Assembly (NCBI RefSeq): GCF_048403405.1
Contig: NZ_CP183129.1
From: Escherichia coli
GTDB taxonomy: Bacteria > Pseudomonadota > Gammaproteobacteria > Enterobacterales > Enterobacteriaceae
DNA: 64,000 bases
Reading direction: 5' to 3' (one strand)
A program made the translations under genes and the position numbers. The notes beneath the pieces were generated by a model that was not told the origin of the DNA, did not search any database, and worked only from the letters and a program-made list of their open reading frames with translations. Positions 19,879-32,600 of the stretch are shown here, piece after piece (the stretch's first letter is position 1; each line of letters starts with the position of its first letter).

Positions 19879-20838
19879 ATGAAGCCGGAAAACAAATTAC
19901 CCGTTCTGGACCTTATTTCTGCTGAAATGAAGACCGTTGTGAATACTCTTCAGCCGGATTTACCGCCCTGGCCCGCAACGGGAACGATTGCTGAGCAACG
20001 ACAGTATTACACGCTTGAGCGCCGATTCTGGAATGCGGGCGCTCCAGAAATGGCAACCAGAGCTTACATGGTTCCAACAAAATATGGGCAGGTGGAAACA
20101 CGTCTCTTTTGTCCGCAGCCAGATAGCCCGGCGACGCTATTTTATTTGCATGGCGGCGGTTTTATTCTCGGCAATCTTGATACCCACGATCGCATCATGC
20201 GCCTGCTGGCAAGCTACAGCCAATGTACGGTGATTGGTATTGATTACACCCTTTCACCTGAAGCGCGTTTTCCGCAAGCGATAGAGGAAATTGTGGCTGC
20301 CTGTTGTTATTTCCACCAGCAGGCGGAAGATTATCAAATCAATATGTCCCGCATTGGCTTTGCCGGTGATTCCGCAGGTGCCATGTTGGCGCTCGCCAGT
20401 GCGTTGTGGTTGCGTGATAAACAGATCGATTGCGGTAAAGTTGCGGGCGTTTTGCTGTGGTATGGGCTTTACGGATTACGGGATTCCGTGACTCGTCGTC
20501 TGTTGGGCGGTGTCTGGGATGGCTTAACGCAACAGGATTTACAGATGTATGAAGAGGCGTATTTAAGCAACGACGCGGACCGCGAGTCGCCGTATTACTG
20601 CCTGTTTAATAATGATCTCACTCGCGAAGTTCCGCCCTGTTTTATTGCCGGGGCGGAGTTCGATCCGCTGCTGGATGACAGCCGTCTGCTTTACCAGACG
20701 TTAGCGGCGCATCAGCAGCCCTGTGAGTTCAAACTCTACCCAGGCACGCTGCACGCCTTTTTGCATTATTCACGGATGATGAAAACCGCCGACGAGGCTC
20801 TTCGCGACGGCGCTCAATTCTTTACCGCTCAGCTTTAG
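19879..20838 (+). CDS. aes: Acetyl esterase (319 aa)
   Basis: Complete ORF; alpha/beta hydrolase with HGGGF and GDSAG motifs. Confidence 0.93.
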
Positions 20839-21797
20839 CGATACGCGGCAACAAGATTAGCCATCATTTCAATATGTTCCGGCGTGGCATTAAGCGCCGG
20901 AATATATTCGTATTTTTTCCCGCCCGCACCGAGGAAGACCTCACGGTTTTGCTCGGCAATCTCTTCCAGCGTCTCCAGACAATCCGCAGCAAAGCCCGGG
21001 CACATCACCTGAATATGACCTACGCCTTTTTCTCCGAGCATTTTCAGCGTTTCGTCGGTATAAGGCATCAGCCAGGGTTCCCGCCCAAAGCGCGACTGAA
21101 AGGTCATCATCACTTTTTCCGGTGCCATCCCCAGTGCGGAAGCCAGTTCGCGAGTCGTTGTGCGGCAACGTTGCGGATAATCATCGCCTTCATCTGCATA
21201 ACGCTGGGGAATGCCATGATAAGAGAGCAGCAGCAGATCCGGTTCGCCATGTTTAGCGAAAGAAGCACGTACGCTGTTCGCCAGTGCATTAATGTAATCG
21301 TGGTTATCGGCGTAATCACGAATAAACGATATCCCCGGAATGCTACGTTTGCGCGCCAGAATGCGTGCCAGTTCATCCCATACCGCACCGACCGTTGAAC
21401 AGGAGTATTGCGGATAAAGCGGCAGTACCACAATATGATCTACATGCTCTGCCAGGAGTTCATCTACGGCGCTTTCCAGTGATGGCGAGCCGTAGCTCAT
21501 TCCCAGCGCTACGGGCGTCTCCGGTAAACGTTGTGCCAGCGCCTGCTGTTGCTGGCGGCTGTAAACCATCAGCGGCGAGCCACCTTCCATCCAGACAGAG
21601 GCATACAGCTTCGCCACACGCGGCGAGCGCAGCGGCAAAATCACGCCGCGCAGCAACGGCCACCATAACAACCGTGAGGTATCAACCACGCGTCTGTCGC
21701 TTAAAAATTGTTTCAGATAGCGTTTTACCGCTTCAGGTGTGGGGGCATCGGGCGTACCCAGGTTTGCCAGCAGGATACCGGTTTTAGTCTGACGCAT
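20835..21797 (-). CDS. hemH: Ferrochelatase (320 aa)
   Basis: Complete ORF; 4-nt convergent overlap with aes. Confidence 0.93.
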
Positions 21798-21928
21798 TAC
21801 CGCCTCTTATCGATTCAACTTGTTGATAATTGTAGCGGAAAAGTGAAGAAGAAGAACTAATTGCTGTGAGAGGTATTGCCTGAGGAGGATGAGCAGACCT
21901 GCCCGAAAGCAGATCTGCTGCGGCTTGA

Positions 21929-22645
<717 letters not shown>

Positions 22646-22710
22646 TCAAGAAAGGCACCTGGGGCTGAAACGGTTAATGGCGAGATAATTTGCGGAAAGT
22701 ACAGATGATG

Positions 22711-22749
22711 AAAAGAAAAATGCCGGATGACACGAAGGTCATCCGGCAT
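22711..22749 (-). terminator. Intrinsic terminator of htpG
   Basis: 12-bp stem ATGCCGGATGAC/GTCATCCGGCAT immediately after the htpG stop, followed on the minus strand by a U-rich tract. Confidence 0.7.
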
Positions 22750-22753
22750 GACA

Positions 22754-24628
22754 TCAGGAAACCAGCAGCTGGTTCATACGACGAATAAACAGGTTCGGAT
22801 CTTCCAGCGTGCCGCGTTCTGCCAGCAGCGCCTGATCCAGCAGCAGTTCTACCCACTCGCTGAACTTCGCTTCATCTTCAGTATCTGCCGCACGTTTCAC
22901 CAGTACGTGATCCGGGTTCAGTTCGAAGATGTATTTCACTTCTGGCACTTTCTGGCCCGCCGCAGCGAACAGTTTCGCCATCTGAGTGCTCATTTCGTCC
23001 GCGTCGGTCGAAACGATCGCTGGCGTATCGGTCAGACGGTGAGTCAGACGGACATCTTTCACGCGCTCGCCGAGCAGGGCTTTCACACGGTCGATGAACG
23101 GAGTCAGTGCTTTCTCCGCTTCTTTCGCGCTCTCATCAACTTCGTCAGCCAGTTTTTCCAGCGACTCGTCAACTTTAGACACCGACTGGAACGGTTTACC
23201 GTCGAACTCAGTCAGATAGTTCATCATCCACTCATCGATGCGGTCGGAAAGCAGCAGAACTTCGATGCCTTTCTTACGCAGCAGTTCCAGGTGCGGGCTG
23301 CTCTTCGCTGCCGCATAGCTGTCTGCGGTGATGTAGTAAATTTTCTCCTGCCCTTCTTTCATGCGGGAAACGTAGTCTTCCAGAGACACGGTCTGCGCAG
23401 AAGAATCGGTATGGGTAGAAGCAAAACGCAGCAGTTTGGCGATCGCTTCCTGGTTAGCGAAATCTTCCGCCGGACCTTCTTTCAGTACCAGGCCAAACTG
23501 TTGCCAGAAGGTCTGGTATTTTTCCGCATCGTCTTTCGCCAGTTTTTCCAGCATTTGCAGCACACGCTTGGTCAGCGCATTGCGCAGGTTACGCGTTACC
23601 GTGCTGTCCTGGAGGATTTCACGGGAAACGTTCAGCGGCAGATCGCTGGAGTCAATCAGACCACGCACGAAGCGCAGATAGTTCGGCATGAACTGTTCTG
23701 CGTCGTCCATGATGAACACACGCTGAACATACAGTTTCAGACCGTGTTTATGATCGCGGTTCCACATATCCCACGGTGCCTGAGACGGAATGTACAGCAG
23801 GCTGGTGTACTCCTGCTTACCTTCAACACGGTTGTGGCTCCAGGTCAGCGGATCGTTAAAGTCGTGGGCGATGTGTTTGTAGAACTCTTTGTACTCTTCA
23901 TCGGTGATTTCCGACTTGTTACGAGTCCACAGCGCCTGCGCTTTGTTGATTTTTTCCCAGGAGATAACGGTTTCGCCGTCTTTCTCTTCGCGTTTTTCGA
24001 TCTCTACCGGCAGCGCGATATGGTCGGAGTATTTGCTGATGATGGAACGCACGCGCCAGTCATCGAGGAACTCGTCTTCGCCTTCACGCAGATGCAGGGT
24101 GATTTCAGTACCACGATCTTCTTTGGTGATATCGGCAACGGTGTATTCACCTTCGCCAGCCGATTCCCAGAAGACGCCATTTTCTGGTTTTTCGCCTGCC
24201 GCGCGAGTACGCACGGTCACTTTGTCGGCCACGATAAACGCAGAGTAGAAACCAACACCAAACTGACCGATCAGCTGGCTGTCTTTCGCCTGGTCAGAAC
24301 CCAGGGATTCGAGGAATGATTTGGTGCCGGATTTAGCGATAGTCCCCAGATGGTCAATCACTTCGTCGCGGGTCATCCCCACGCCGTTATCGGAGATGGT
24401 CAGCGTGCGCTTGTCTTTATCGAAAGAGACACGAACGCGCAGTTCGCCATCACCTTCGTACAGGTCCGGGTTAGAGAGCGCGCGGAAACGCAGCTTGTCC
24501 GCCGCATCGGAGGCGTTAGAGATAAGCTCACGCAGGAAGATTTCTTTATTGGAATAGAGAGAATGGATCATCAGGTGCAGAAGCTGCTTCACTTCTGACT
24601 GAAAACCACGAGTTTCTTGTCCTTTCAT
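22754..24628 (-). CDS. htpG: Hsp90-family chaperone HtpG (624 aa)
   Basis: Complete ORF; sequence recognisable. Confidence 0.96.
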   Translation of the reverse strand: MKGQETRGFQSEVKQLLHLMIHSLYSNKEIFLRELISNASDAADKLRFRALSNPDLYEGDGELRVRVSFDKDKRTLTISDNGVGMTRDEVIDHLGTIAKSGTKSFLESLGSDQAKDSQLIGQFGVGFYSAFIVADKVTVRTRAAGEKPENGVFWESAGEGEYTVADITKEDRGTEITLHLREGEDEFLDDWRVRSIISKYSDHIALPVEIEKREEKDGETVISWEKINKAQALWTRNKSEITDEEYKEFYKHIAHDFNDPLTWSHNRVEGKQEYTSLLYIPSQAPWDMWNRDHKHGLKLYVQRVFIMDDAEQFMPNYLRFVRGLIDSSDLPLNVSREILQDSTVTRNLRNALTKRVLQMLEKLAKDDAEKYQTFWQQFGLVLKEGPAEDFANQEAIAKLLRFASTHTDSSAQTVSLEDYVSRMKEGQEKIYYITADSYAAAKSSPHLELLRKKGIEVLLLSDRIDEWMMNYLTEFDGKPFQSVSKVDESLEKLADEVDESAKEAEKALTPFIDRVKALLGERVKDVRLTHRLTDTPAIVSTDADEMSTQMAKLFAAAGQKVPEVKYIFELNPDHVLVKRAADTEDEAKFSEWVELLLDQALLAERGTLEDPNLFIRRMNQLLVS

Positions 24629-24679
24629 GTAGGTCTACCTCAATAATGCCATTTTAAGGTTAAAAACAGGATGAGGGAG

Positions 24680-24708
24680 AGATGGGGACAAGGGGGAATA
24701 ATTTCAAG
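24680..24708 (-). promoter_or_regulatory. sigma32 heat-shock promoter of htpG
   Basis: Minus strand reads CTTGAAA-N14-CCCCATCT, about 50 nt upstream of the htpG ATG. Confidence 0.75.
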
Positions 24709-24737
24709 CGAGAGCAGGTGATCCTGCTCTCGTTTGC

Positions 24738-25342
24738 TTAAAAACGAATCTTATGACGCCCGGCAAGGGAGTGTGACAGCGTGGTGCCATCGACCATTTC
24801 CAGTTCGCCGCCAACCGGTACGCCATGAGCGATTCGGCTGGCTTCCACGTCATATTGCGCGCAAAGCTCGGCAATGTAGTTAGCGGTAGCTTCACCTTCA
24901 ACCGTGGGGTTGGTGGCGAGGATCACTTCAGTGATTTTTTCCTCTGCCAGACGCTGTTCCAGACGATCAAGCCCGATATCATCCGGACCGATGCCGTCCA
25001 GCGGTGACAGGTGCCCCATCAACACAAAATAACGGCCTGAAAACTGCCCCGTCTGCTCAATGGCGTAGATGTCCGCCGGACTCTCCACCACGCAGATTTG
25101 ACCGTTTTCCTGACGACGCGGATTCGAACAGATGTTACAGACTTCCTGTTCGGTGAAGGTGCGGCAATCGGCGCAGTGGCCGATTTCCGACATCGCCCGG
25201 GTGAGCGCCTGCGCCAGACGCATCCCGCCGCTACGATCGCGCTGAAGTAGCGTGAACGCCATACGCTGCGCCGACTTCGGGCCAACGCCCGGCAGACAGC
25301 GCAGTGCTTCCATAAGCTGTGTTAACAGCGGGCTGGTTTGCA

Positions 25343-25343
<1 letters not shown>
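24738..25343 (-). CDS. recR: Recombination protein RecR (201 aa)
   Basis: Complete ORF; C4 zinc finger and Toprim region recognisable. Confidence 0.95.
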
Positions 25344-25687
<344 letters not shown>

Positions 25688-25724
25688 TCACGTTAAGGAT
25701 GACGAACGTAAGCTGTGCTTACGA

Positions 25725-27656
25725 TCAAATGGGGCGGATACTTTCTTCATCCAGCTCCGCATCGAAGAATCGACGCAGGGTCTGAATATTATTATCCGCA
25801 ATAATGGACTCGCGCGCCTGCGCAAGTTTTTCTTCGTATATCGCCTGACGCCATTCCAGCGGCGTACGCACCGCGGGATTATCATCTTCAACGATAGTCA
25901 GTTCAACCGTTGAACCTTTTAACGTGCTCAACGCTTCAGCCAGTTTTTGCTGTGCGCCGCGGTTGTTCAAATGCCGCTGAGAGGAGCGCAAATGCAGACA
26001 TACTGCGTTGTCGCTCTCCTCTTTCCAGGCATTTAACGCCACCTGTTCGACCAGTTTTGGTAGCGAAAGTTGACTCACCTGTGCCGCCCACGGGTCGCGC
26101 TCAATGGCTTCTGCTGCCAGCTTCGCCGCCAGTTCCGGCGTTTTTTCATGTTCCAGCGCTTTTTTCAGCGCCTTCGGCGTGGCGACCACTTCTTTTTGCT
26201 GCATCACTGGAGTGGTCGCCTTCCAGCGATACGCTTCTTTTTTGGCTGGCGCTTTTTCCAGCGCCGATGGCACCGGACGCGCCTGAACGCGATCGGTGAC
26301 CGAAGCCAGTCTTTCCAGCGCAGCGTTATTCACCGGCCGCGCGCGGGTAGCGGCTGCCGGTTCACTCTTTTTTGCTTTGGTTGCTCCCTGCACGCGCTGC
26401 AACTGCTGGCGCGCCGCCAGCACCTGGCTGGTGGTTTCCGGGAGCGGTACAGTCGGTGCCTGCTGCGGCGCTGATTGCGGTTGCGGCGGCACCTGGGTTG
26501 GCGTCATTACTGCCGTTGGCGCGACGGGCGCAAAGGACTGGCGTGGCACTTCTGGCTCAGGTAGCGGCATACGCGGATGGAACGCCAGAGCGCGAAGCAG
26601 CGTCATCTCAACGCCCATACGGCGGTCTGGCGCATACGGTAATTCTTTGCGACCAATCAACAGCGTCTGATAGTAAAGCTGAATATCCGTCGGCGGTATG
26701 GTGCGCGCCAGTTCACGCATCCGCAGCTCGATAGCGGCCATGTCGTTGCCAAGTGCAGCAGGCGAAAGTTGTACCATCGCAATACGATGCAACAGGCCGA
26801 GCATTTCCACCAGCAACGCTTCCCACTCGATACCACGGGCAGCGGCTTCATTAATCAGCGCCATTACGCGCTCGCCGTTGGCCTCGACCATCGCTTCAAC
26901 CAGCGACAGCGCCTGATCGTCGTCAAGCGTACCCAGCATCGCACTGACCGCCTGAGTTGAAACCTGGCCGTCACCGCTGGCAATCGCCTGGTCGGTCAGA
27001 CTTAAGGCATCTCGCAGGCTGCCTTCAGCGGCGCGCGCCAGTAATTGCAACGCCCGCGGCTCGTGAGCGATATGTTCTTCGTTGAGGATGTGCTCAAGCT
27101 GATGGCGAATTTGCTCGACATCCAGCGCCTTGAGATGGAATTGCAGACAGCGCGACAAAATCGTCACCGGCAATTTCTGCGGATCGGTCGTCGCCAGCAG
27201 AAACTTAACGTGCTCCGGCGGCTCTTCAAGGGTTTTTAACAGTGCGTTAAAGCTGTGGCGCGACAGCATATGCACTTCGTCGATCAGATAAACTTTGAAA
27301 CGACCACGCGCCGGAGCGTACTGGACGTTATCCAGCAGGTCGCGAGTGTCTTCAACTTTAGTGCGCGAGGCGGCGTCGATTTCAATCAGATCGACAAAGC
27401 GCCCCTGCTCGATTTCACGACAGTTATCGCACACGCCGCACGGCGTCGCGGTAATGCCGGTTTCGCAGTTTAGCCCCTTCGCCAGCAGTCGGGCGATAGA
27501 GGTTTTTCCGACGCCACGGGTGCCGGAAAAAAGATAAGCATGATGAATACGCCCTAACGACAAGCCGTTCGCCAGTGCGGTCAGCACATGTTCCTGGCCG
27601 ACGACGTCAGCAAAGGTTTGTGGGCGCCATTTTCGGGCTAAGACCTGATAACTCAT
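25725..27656 (-). CDS. dnaX: DNA polymerase III tau subunit (643 aa, full-length product)
   Basis: Complete ORF; AAA+ clamp-loader motifs. Confidence 0.96.
   Translation of the reverse strand: MSYQVLARKWRPQTFADVVGQEHVLTALANGLSLGRIHHAYLFSGTRGVGKTSIARLLAKGLNCETGITATPCGVCDNCREIEQGRFVDLIEIDAASRTKVEDTRDLLDNVQYAPARGRFKVYLIDEVHMLSRHSFNALLKTLEEPPEHVKFLLATTDPQKLPVTILSRCLQFHLKALDVEQIRHQLEHILNEEHIAHEPRALQLLARAAEGSLRDALSLTDQAIASGDGQVSTQAVSAMLGTLDDDQALSLVEAMVEANGERVMALINEAAARGIEWEALLVEMLGLLHRIAMVQLSPAALGNDMAAIELRMRELARTIPPTDIQLYYQTLLIGRKELPYAPDRRMGVEMTLLRALAFHPRMPLPEPEVPRQSFAPVAPTAVMTPTQVPPQPQSAPQQAPTVPLPETTSQVLAARQQLQRVQGATKAKKSEPAAATRARPVNNAALERLASVTDRVQARPVPSALEKAPAKKEAYRWKATTPVMQQKEVVATPKALKKALEHEKTPELAAKLAAEAIERDPWAAQVSQLSLPKLVEQVALNAWKEESDNAVCLHLRSSQRHLNNRGAQQKLAEALSTLKGSTVELTIVEDDNPAVRTPLEWRQAIYEEKLAQARESIIADNNIQTLRRFFDAELDEESIRPI
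26362..27656 (-). CDS. dnaX: DNA polymerase III gamma subunit (431 aa) made by programmed -1 frameshift in dnaX
   Basis: Slippery A-AAA-AAG at codons 428-430 (plus 26367-26373); the -1 frame reads AAA AAA GAG UGA, adding one Glu then a stop at 26362-26364. Confidence 0.85.
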
Positions 27657-27784
27657 TGGCAGGCTCTGAAACGCTGGAAGGTGGATTCACGAAGGGGTAA
27701 TGCTAACACAGCCCCGTCAGAACGGCGAGGCTGAATGCATATCTTGTGCTGTCCGTAGCGTGGGCAGCACAAGACTGGCGATGA

Positions 27785-28336
27785 TTAATGGCCCGGGAAC
27801 GGAACAAGGCTGTAGCTGGTAATGCCCTGTTTTTCGAGACGCTGTTCGCCGCCGAGATCGAACAGATTGATAATGAACGCAGCGTCAGCCACTTCACCAC
27901 CCAGACGACGGATCAGTTTAACGGTCGCTTCGATAGTGCCGCCGGTTGCCAGCAGATCGTCCACCACCAGAACTTTGTCGCCCGGTTTGATGGCATCAAC
28001 GTGGATTTCCAGCTGATCGGTGCCGTATTCCAGATCGTAAGTTTCACTGATGGTCTCACGCGGCAGTTTGCCCGGTTTACGGACCGGTACAAAGCCAACG
28101 CCCAGACCCAGAGCTACCGGAGCGCCAAACAAGAAGCCACGCGCTTCGGTGCCGACAACTTTGGTAATGCCCGCATTTTTGTAACGCTCAACCAGCAAGT
28201 CGATGCTGAGAGCGTAAGCTTTCGGGTCTTCCAGTAAGCTGGTGACATCACGGAAAAGAATGCCGGGTTTTGGGTAGTCCTGAATGCTTTTGATGCTATT
28301 TTTGAGATACTCAAGCTGCTGTGCAGTCGCGGTCAT
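27785..28336 (-). CDS. apt: Adenine phosphoribosyltransferase (183 aa)
   Basis: Track ORF trimmed to the ATG giving [16 protein letters not shown]. Confidence 0.93.
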
Positions 28337-28488
28337 AAGTGTATGCCTGCTTGTTACGGTGGTACTCACGGCGCGTTTTAAACGTATCAAAAGTAACAGT
28401 TGTTTAACCTTTGACCGCCTGCGCCTGTGCTCGAAAACGCCAGAATGTACTGGCTGTACGCAATAATTGCAACTGCGATTGTTGTGCT

Positions 28489-28866
28489 TCAGTGCTTTTC
28501 TTGCTTTTCATCAATCACCGGAATTCGCCACATATAAAAAAGCAAACAGGCGAGAATTACCAGCAACATGATGCGCACCCATGGCATCTGGACGAACCAC
28601 AGAGAAAGTGCAAACGTGAGCAAAATAAGCAAAATCGCCCGCGGTTTGACGCCGCGCGGCATCGCATGATGTTTCTGCCAGAAACGTAGATAGCTGCCAA
28701 ACCATGAGCGGTACAGCAACCAGGCGTGAAAGCGCGGGGAAGAACGGGCAAAGCACCAGGCCGCCAGCAGGATAAACGGCGTCGTCGGTAATACCGGTAA
28801 TACCACGCCCAGCGTACCCAGCACTACCGCCAGCCAGCCAATGATGATTAAAATGATTCGTTGCAT
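28489..28866 (-). CDS. ybaN: Inner-membrane protein YbaN (DUF454, 125 aa)
   Basis: Complete ORF; hydrophobic small membrane protein. Confidence 0.85.
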
Positions 28867-28935
28867 ATTGAGTGTTGTCAGCTTACAGAGTTGCTACTTT
28901 AGCATAACAATTATCATTTTCATTGAGGTCTTATC

Positions 28936-29463
28936 GTGAAAACCGCCCTGCTGCTGGAAAAACTGGAAGGACAGCTCGCCACGCTGCGTCAGCGTTGTGC
29001 CCCGGTAGCGCAATTTGCCACGCTAAGTGCCCGTTTTGACAGGCACCTTTTTCAGACCCGTGCGACAACACTGCAGGCTTGTCTCGATGAGGCGGGCGAT
29101 AATCTGGCTGCGCTTCGTCATGCGGTTGAGCTGCAACAGCTGCCGCAAGTGGCCTGGCTGGCAGAACATCTGGCGGCGCAACTGGAGGCTATAGCGCGTG
29201 AAGCCACAGCCTGGTCGCTACGCGAGTGGGATAGCGCGCCACCGAAAATTGCCCGCTGGCAGCGTAAACGTATTCAGCATCAGGATTTTGAGCGGCGGCT
29301 AAGTGAGATGGTTGCTGAACGTCGAGCCCGCCTGGCGCGGGTGACCGATCTCGTGGAACAGCAAACGCTGCATCGTGAAGTGGAAGCCTATGAAGCGCGC
29401 CTGGCACGCTGCCGCCATGCGCTGGAAAAAATCGAAAACAGGCTAGCGCGCTTAACCCGCTAG
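28936..29463 (+). CDS. priC: Primosomal replication protein N'' (175 aa)
   Basis: Complete ORF; sequence recognisable. Confidence 0.9.
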   Translation: MKTALLLEKLEGQLATLRQRCAPVAQFATLSARFDRHLFQTRATTLQACLDEAGDNLAALRHAVELQQLPQVAWLAEHLAAQLEAIAREATAWSLREWDSAPPKIARWQRKRIQHQDFERRLSEMVAERRARLARVTDLVEQQTLHREVEAYEARLARCRHALEKIENRLARLTR

Positions 29464-29476
29464 CAATGGAGAGAGT

Positions 29477-29641
29477 ATGTCACTGGAAAATGCCCCTGAC
29501 GATGTCAAACTGGCTGTCGATTTGATTGTGCTGCTGGAAGAAAATCAGATCCCAGCCCGCACCGTGCTGCGCGCGCTGGATATTGTGAAGCGTGATTATG
29601 AAAAGAAGTTACAGAGCGATGAGGCTTCGCAAAGCGAGTAA
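29477..29641 (+). CDS. ybaM: Small protein YbaM (54 codons)
   Basis: ATG 13 nt after the priC stop; translates [54 protein letters not shown]; below the ORF-track length cutoff. Confidence 0.7.
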   Translation: MSLENAPDDVKLAVDLIVLLEENQIPARTVLRALDIVKRDYEKKLQSDEASQSE

Positions 29642-29646
29642 AAAAT

Positions 29647-29672
29647 AAAGGGCGGCATCACTGTCGCCCTTT
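29647..29672. terminator. Bidirectional terminator hairpin between ybaM and mscK
   Basis: AAAGGGCG-N10-CGCCCTTT flanked by A-rich and T-rich tracts. Confidence 0.65.
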
Positions 29673-29679
29673 ATTGTCC

Positions 29680-32600
29680 TTACCCTACCGCTGGTGTCGG
29701 ATCGTCGCCTTTGTAGTCGCGTTTTACTTCCGTCACCTCATCGCCCTTCTCGTTGTGCAGATGCACTTCAAGCTGGTTAAAGGCAATATTGATGTCATTT
29801 TCACGGCACAGCTGATCGATAGTACGGTTCAGCTCATCGACAGTACGGCTACGGTCACGCAGTTCACGCACATACAGACGCAGCTCATGATCCAACGTGC
29901 TGGCACCAAACGCCGTAAAGAAGACTTCCGGCATTGGTTCGTGCATCACCCTTGGGTGCTCAGTCGCCGCCTTCAGTAACACTTTACGCACTTTTTCCAG
30001 ATCGGAGCCATAGGCCACGCCGAGACGGATCACCAGACGCGTAGTAGTGTCAGTCAACGACCAGTTGATCAGACGCTCGGTAACAAACGCTTTGTTCGGG
30101 ATGATCACTTCTTTGCGATCGAAATCGGTAATCGTTGTCGCACGAATACGGATCTTACTTACCGTCCCCGAGAAGCTACCAATGGTTACCGTATCGCCAA
30201 TGCGCACCGGACGTTCGAACAGAATGATCAAACCGGAGACGAAGTTACCGAAAATTTCTTGTAAACCAAAACCAAGACCTACGGATAATGCTGCTGCCAG
30301 CCACTGGAGTTTATCCCAAGAGACGCCCAGCGACCCGAACACCGTCATCGCACCAACGGCAATAATGATGTAGTTAAGGATGGTAGTAATGGCATACGAC
30401 GCGCCCTGGCGCATATTCAGTCGCGAGAGCACCAGCACTTCCAGCAAACCAGGCAGGTTGCGAATCAACGCCCAGGCCACCATTGAGGCGATAATCGCAA
30501 ACAACAGACTGCCCATGGTGACGTTTTTCACCACCGCAGCACCAGCTTCAGTACCGTTGTAATGCCAGAGCGTAATGCTGTCCAGATAGCTGAACACGGT
30601 GATCAAATCGGACCAAATTGCCCAGAACATGACACCAAACAGCGCAAACATCAGCAACATGGTAATACGCAGCGTCTGCTGGTTAACCTGCTCCAGTGCA
30701 ATGGTGGGTTCTTCCGGCGGTTCAGCACCTTCTGCGCCCTCTTTCACCAGATTCTGCCGACGCGCCAGCGCACGACGCCAGGCGATACGCCGCGCCGCCA
30801 CGCTTAAGCCACGCAGTACTGTCTGGTACAGCAGGTTCCAGATGATCACCAAATAAACGGTTTCAATCCAACGCCCGGAGAGGCGCAGCGTGGTGTAGAA
30901 ATAACCCGTGGCGGTCAGCACCATCAACGCAATCGGGATAATCGACAGTACGGTAATGGTGACCAGTCGCATGGTGTGCGACTCTTTATCACGCCAGCTT
31001 TCGCGGCACATCGGCCATACCAGGAAGGCAATCAGCAGCAGGTTGAAGAAAATCATAGCCTGCCCCAGCACATCATCCATCAGATGCAGCGGGGAAAGTT
31101 CTGCCACCACAGACCAGAAATGGATAGGCAGCAATGCGAGACTGATGCGGACAATTTGCCGACGCCAGTGGCTGGTCTGCTGTTCCGGCATACCAAAGTG
31201 ACGCACGGCAACGCCGTTTTTCTCCAGTACCTTCCAGCACAGGCCAAACACCAGCCAGAAAATCGCCAGTTTTTTACTGAACGACCATAGCAGTTCGCTG
31301 ATGTTGAGCTGCATGGTCAACAGAATCAGGCCAACCGCGAGAATAATCAGGCACACCGGCAGCGCACGGATCAGGTCGATAAGGATCGCTTTTGGTGTGT
31401 TGAGCTGGCTGTCGTTACGCAGGGAACCCACAGCGGAAGCCAGTTTTTGTTGATACGCTTTCAGCCAGCCCAGACGCCAGTGGATCAGCCCGGCAATCAA
31501 CAGCAGCGGCAAACCGGCGAGGAAAGCGATAAAAACGGCAGGCCAGGCTTTTTCCCAGTTCACCGTGATTTTCATCGACTTAAATTCATCTTTCAGGCTT
31601 TGCGGGAACGCTTTGATCCAGTCCCAGTCCATTGGACGGTTACTGTTCACCCAAAAGATTTGCTGAGTCAGGATGGATTTCAGGTTTTTCGACACACTCA
31701 TTAACTGCTGCTGGTTGATTTGCAGGTTAATGGCCATCATCAGCTGGTTACCCAACTGTTTGTTAAGCTGATCCAGCAATTCGCGACGCATATCAACTAC
31801 TTGCAATAACGCATCGTGAACTTCGCTGTTGACTTCGTTGGTGTGACCTTCTTCCAGTTTGTTGACGAACGCATCGCTCTGGAAGAGTGCATCACGCTGC
31901 TGGTTAACTTCAAACTGTTCGAGACGCAAATCCGCGATGCGGTTGGTCATGTTTTCCAGTTCATCCGCCGAGGGCAGCGTTTGTTGTTGCTGGTAAAGGA
32001 TACGAGACAACAGCAGGCTGCCCTTCAGGACGGCAATCTGCTCTTTAATATTGCGTTCCGATTGAAGCGCCCGCTCCAGCCAGTTTTTGACTTTAATGTT
32101 TTGCTGCATCAACTGATTACCGTTTTCAGTCGCTGTAATCAGACGCTGACTTAACTGCTGGTTAATTTCCAGTTCCTGCTTCACCAGCGGATTAGCCTGA
32201 ATACGCGCGGCTTCATCCGGGGAGACGGCTTCCTGCGCCGTTTTTTCGGTTAAAGTCAGGCGCTTGCTGTTTACTGCTTCTTGCAACAGCTGCAACTGGT
32301 GCTCCAGACGGGCGCTGTTCGCCGTCACGTAATCCCGTTGCTTTTGCAAGGTATCCTGTAAGACTGTGTTCCCTTCCAGGCTTTTACGCTGCTGGTCAAT
32401 CTCGGCATTCAGCAAAGCCTGCTGAGCCTGCATTAACACTTTCTGGCTGGGACGTAAGGCAGTCTCGCCGACATCAGTCCCATCCAGACGACTGCGAATT
32501 TGTTGCAGCTGCTGCGAAGCGTTATACATCGCATTTTGCACGCGTTCGGGCTGCGTCTGTAACGAAACCAACTGGCTGTTATAAGACGCCAGATCGTTTT

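Noticed and set aside
22727-24319. 530-aa plus-strand ORF
   Set aside because: Antisense to htpG; low-complexity Arg/Phe/Val-rich translation; the htpG frame is the recognisable one.
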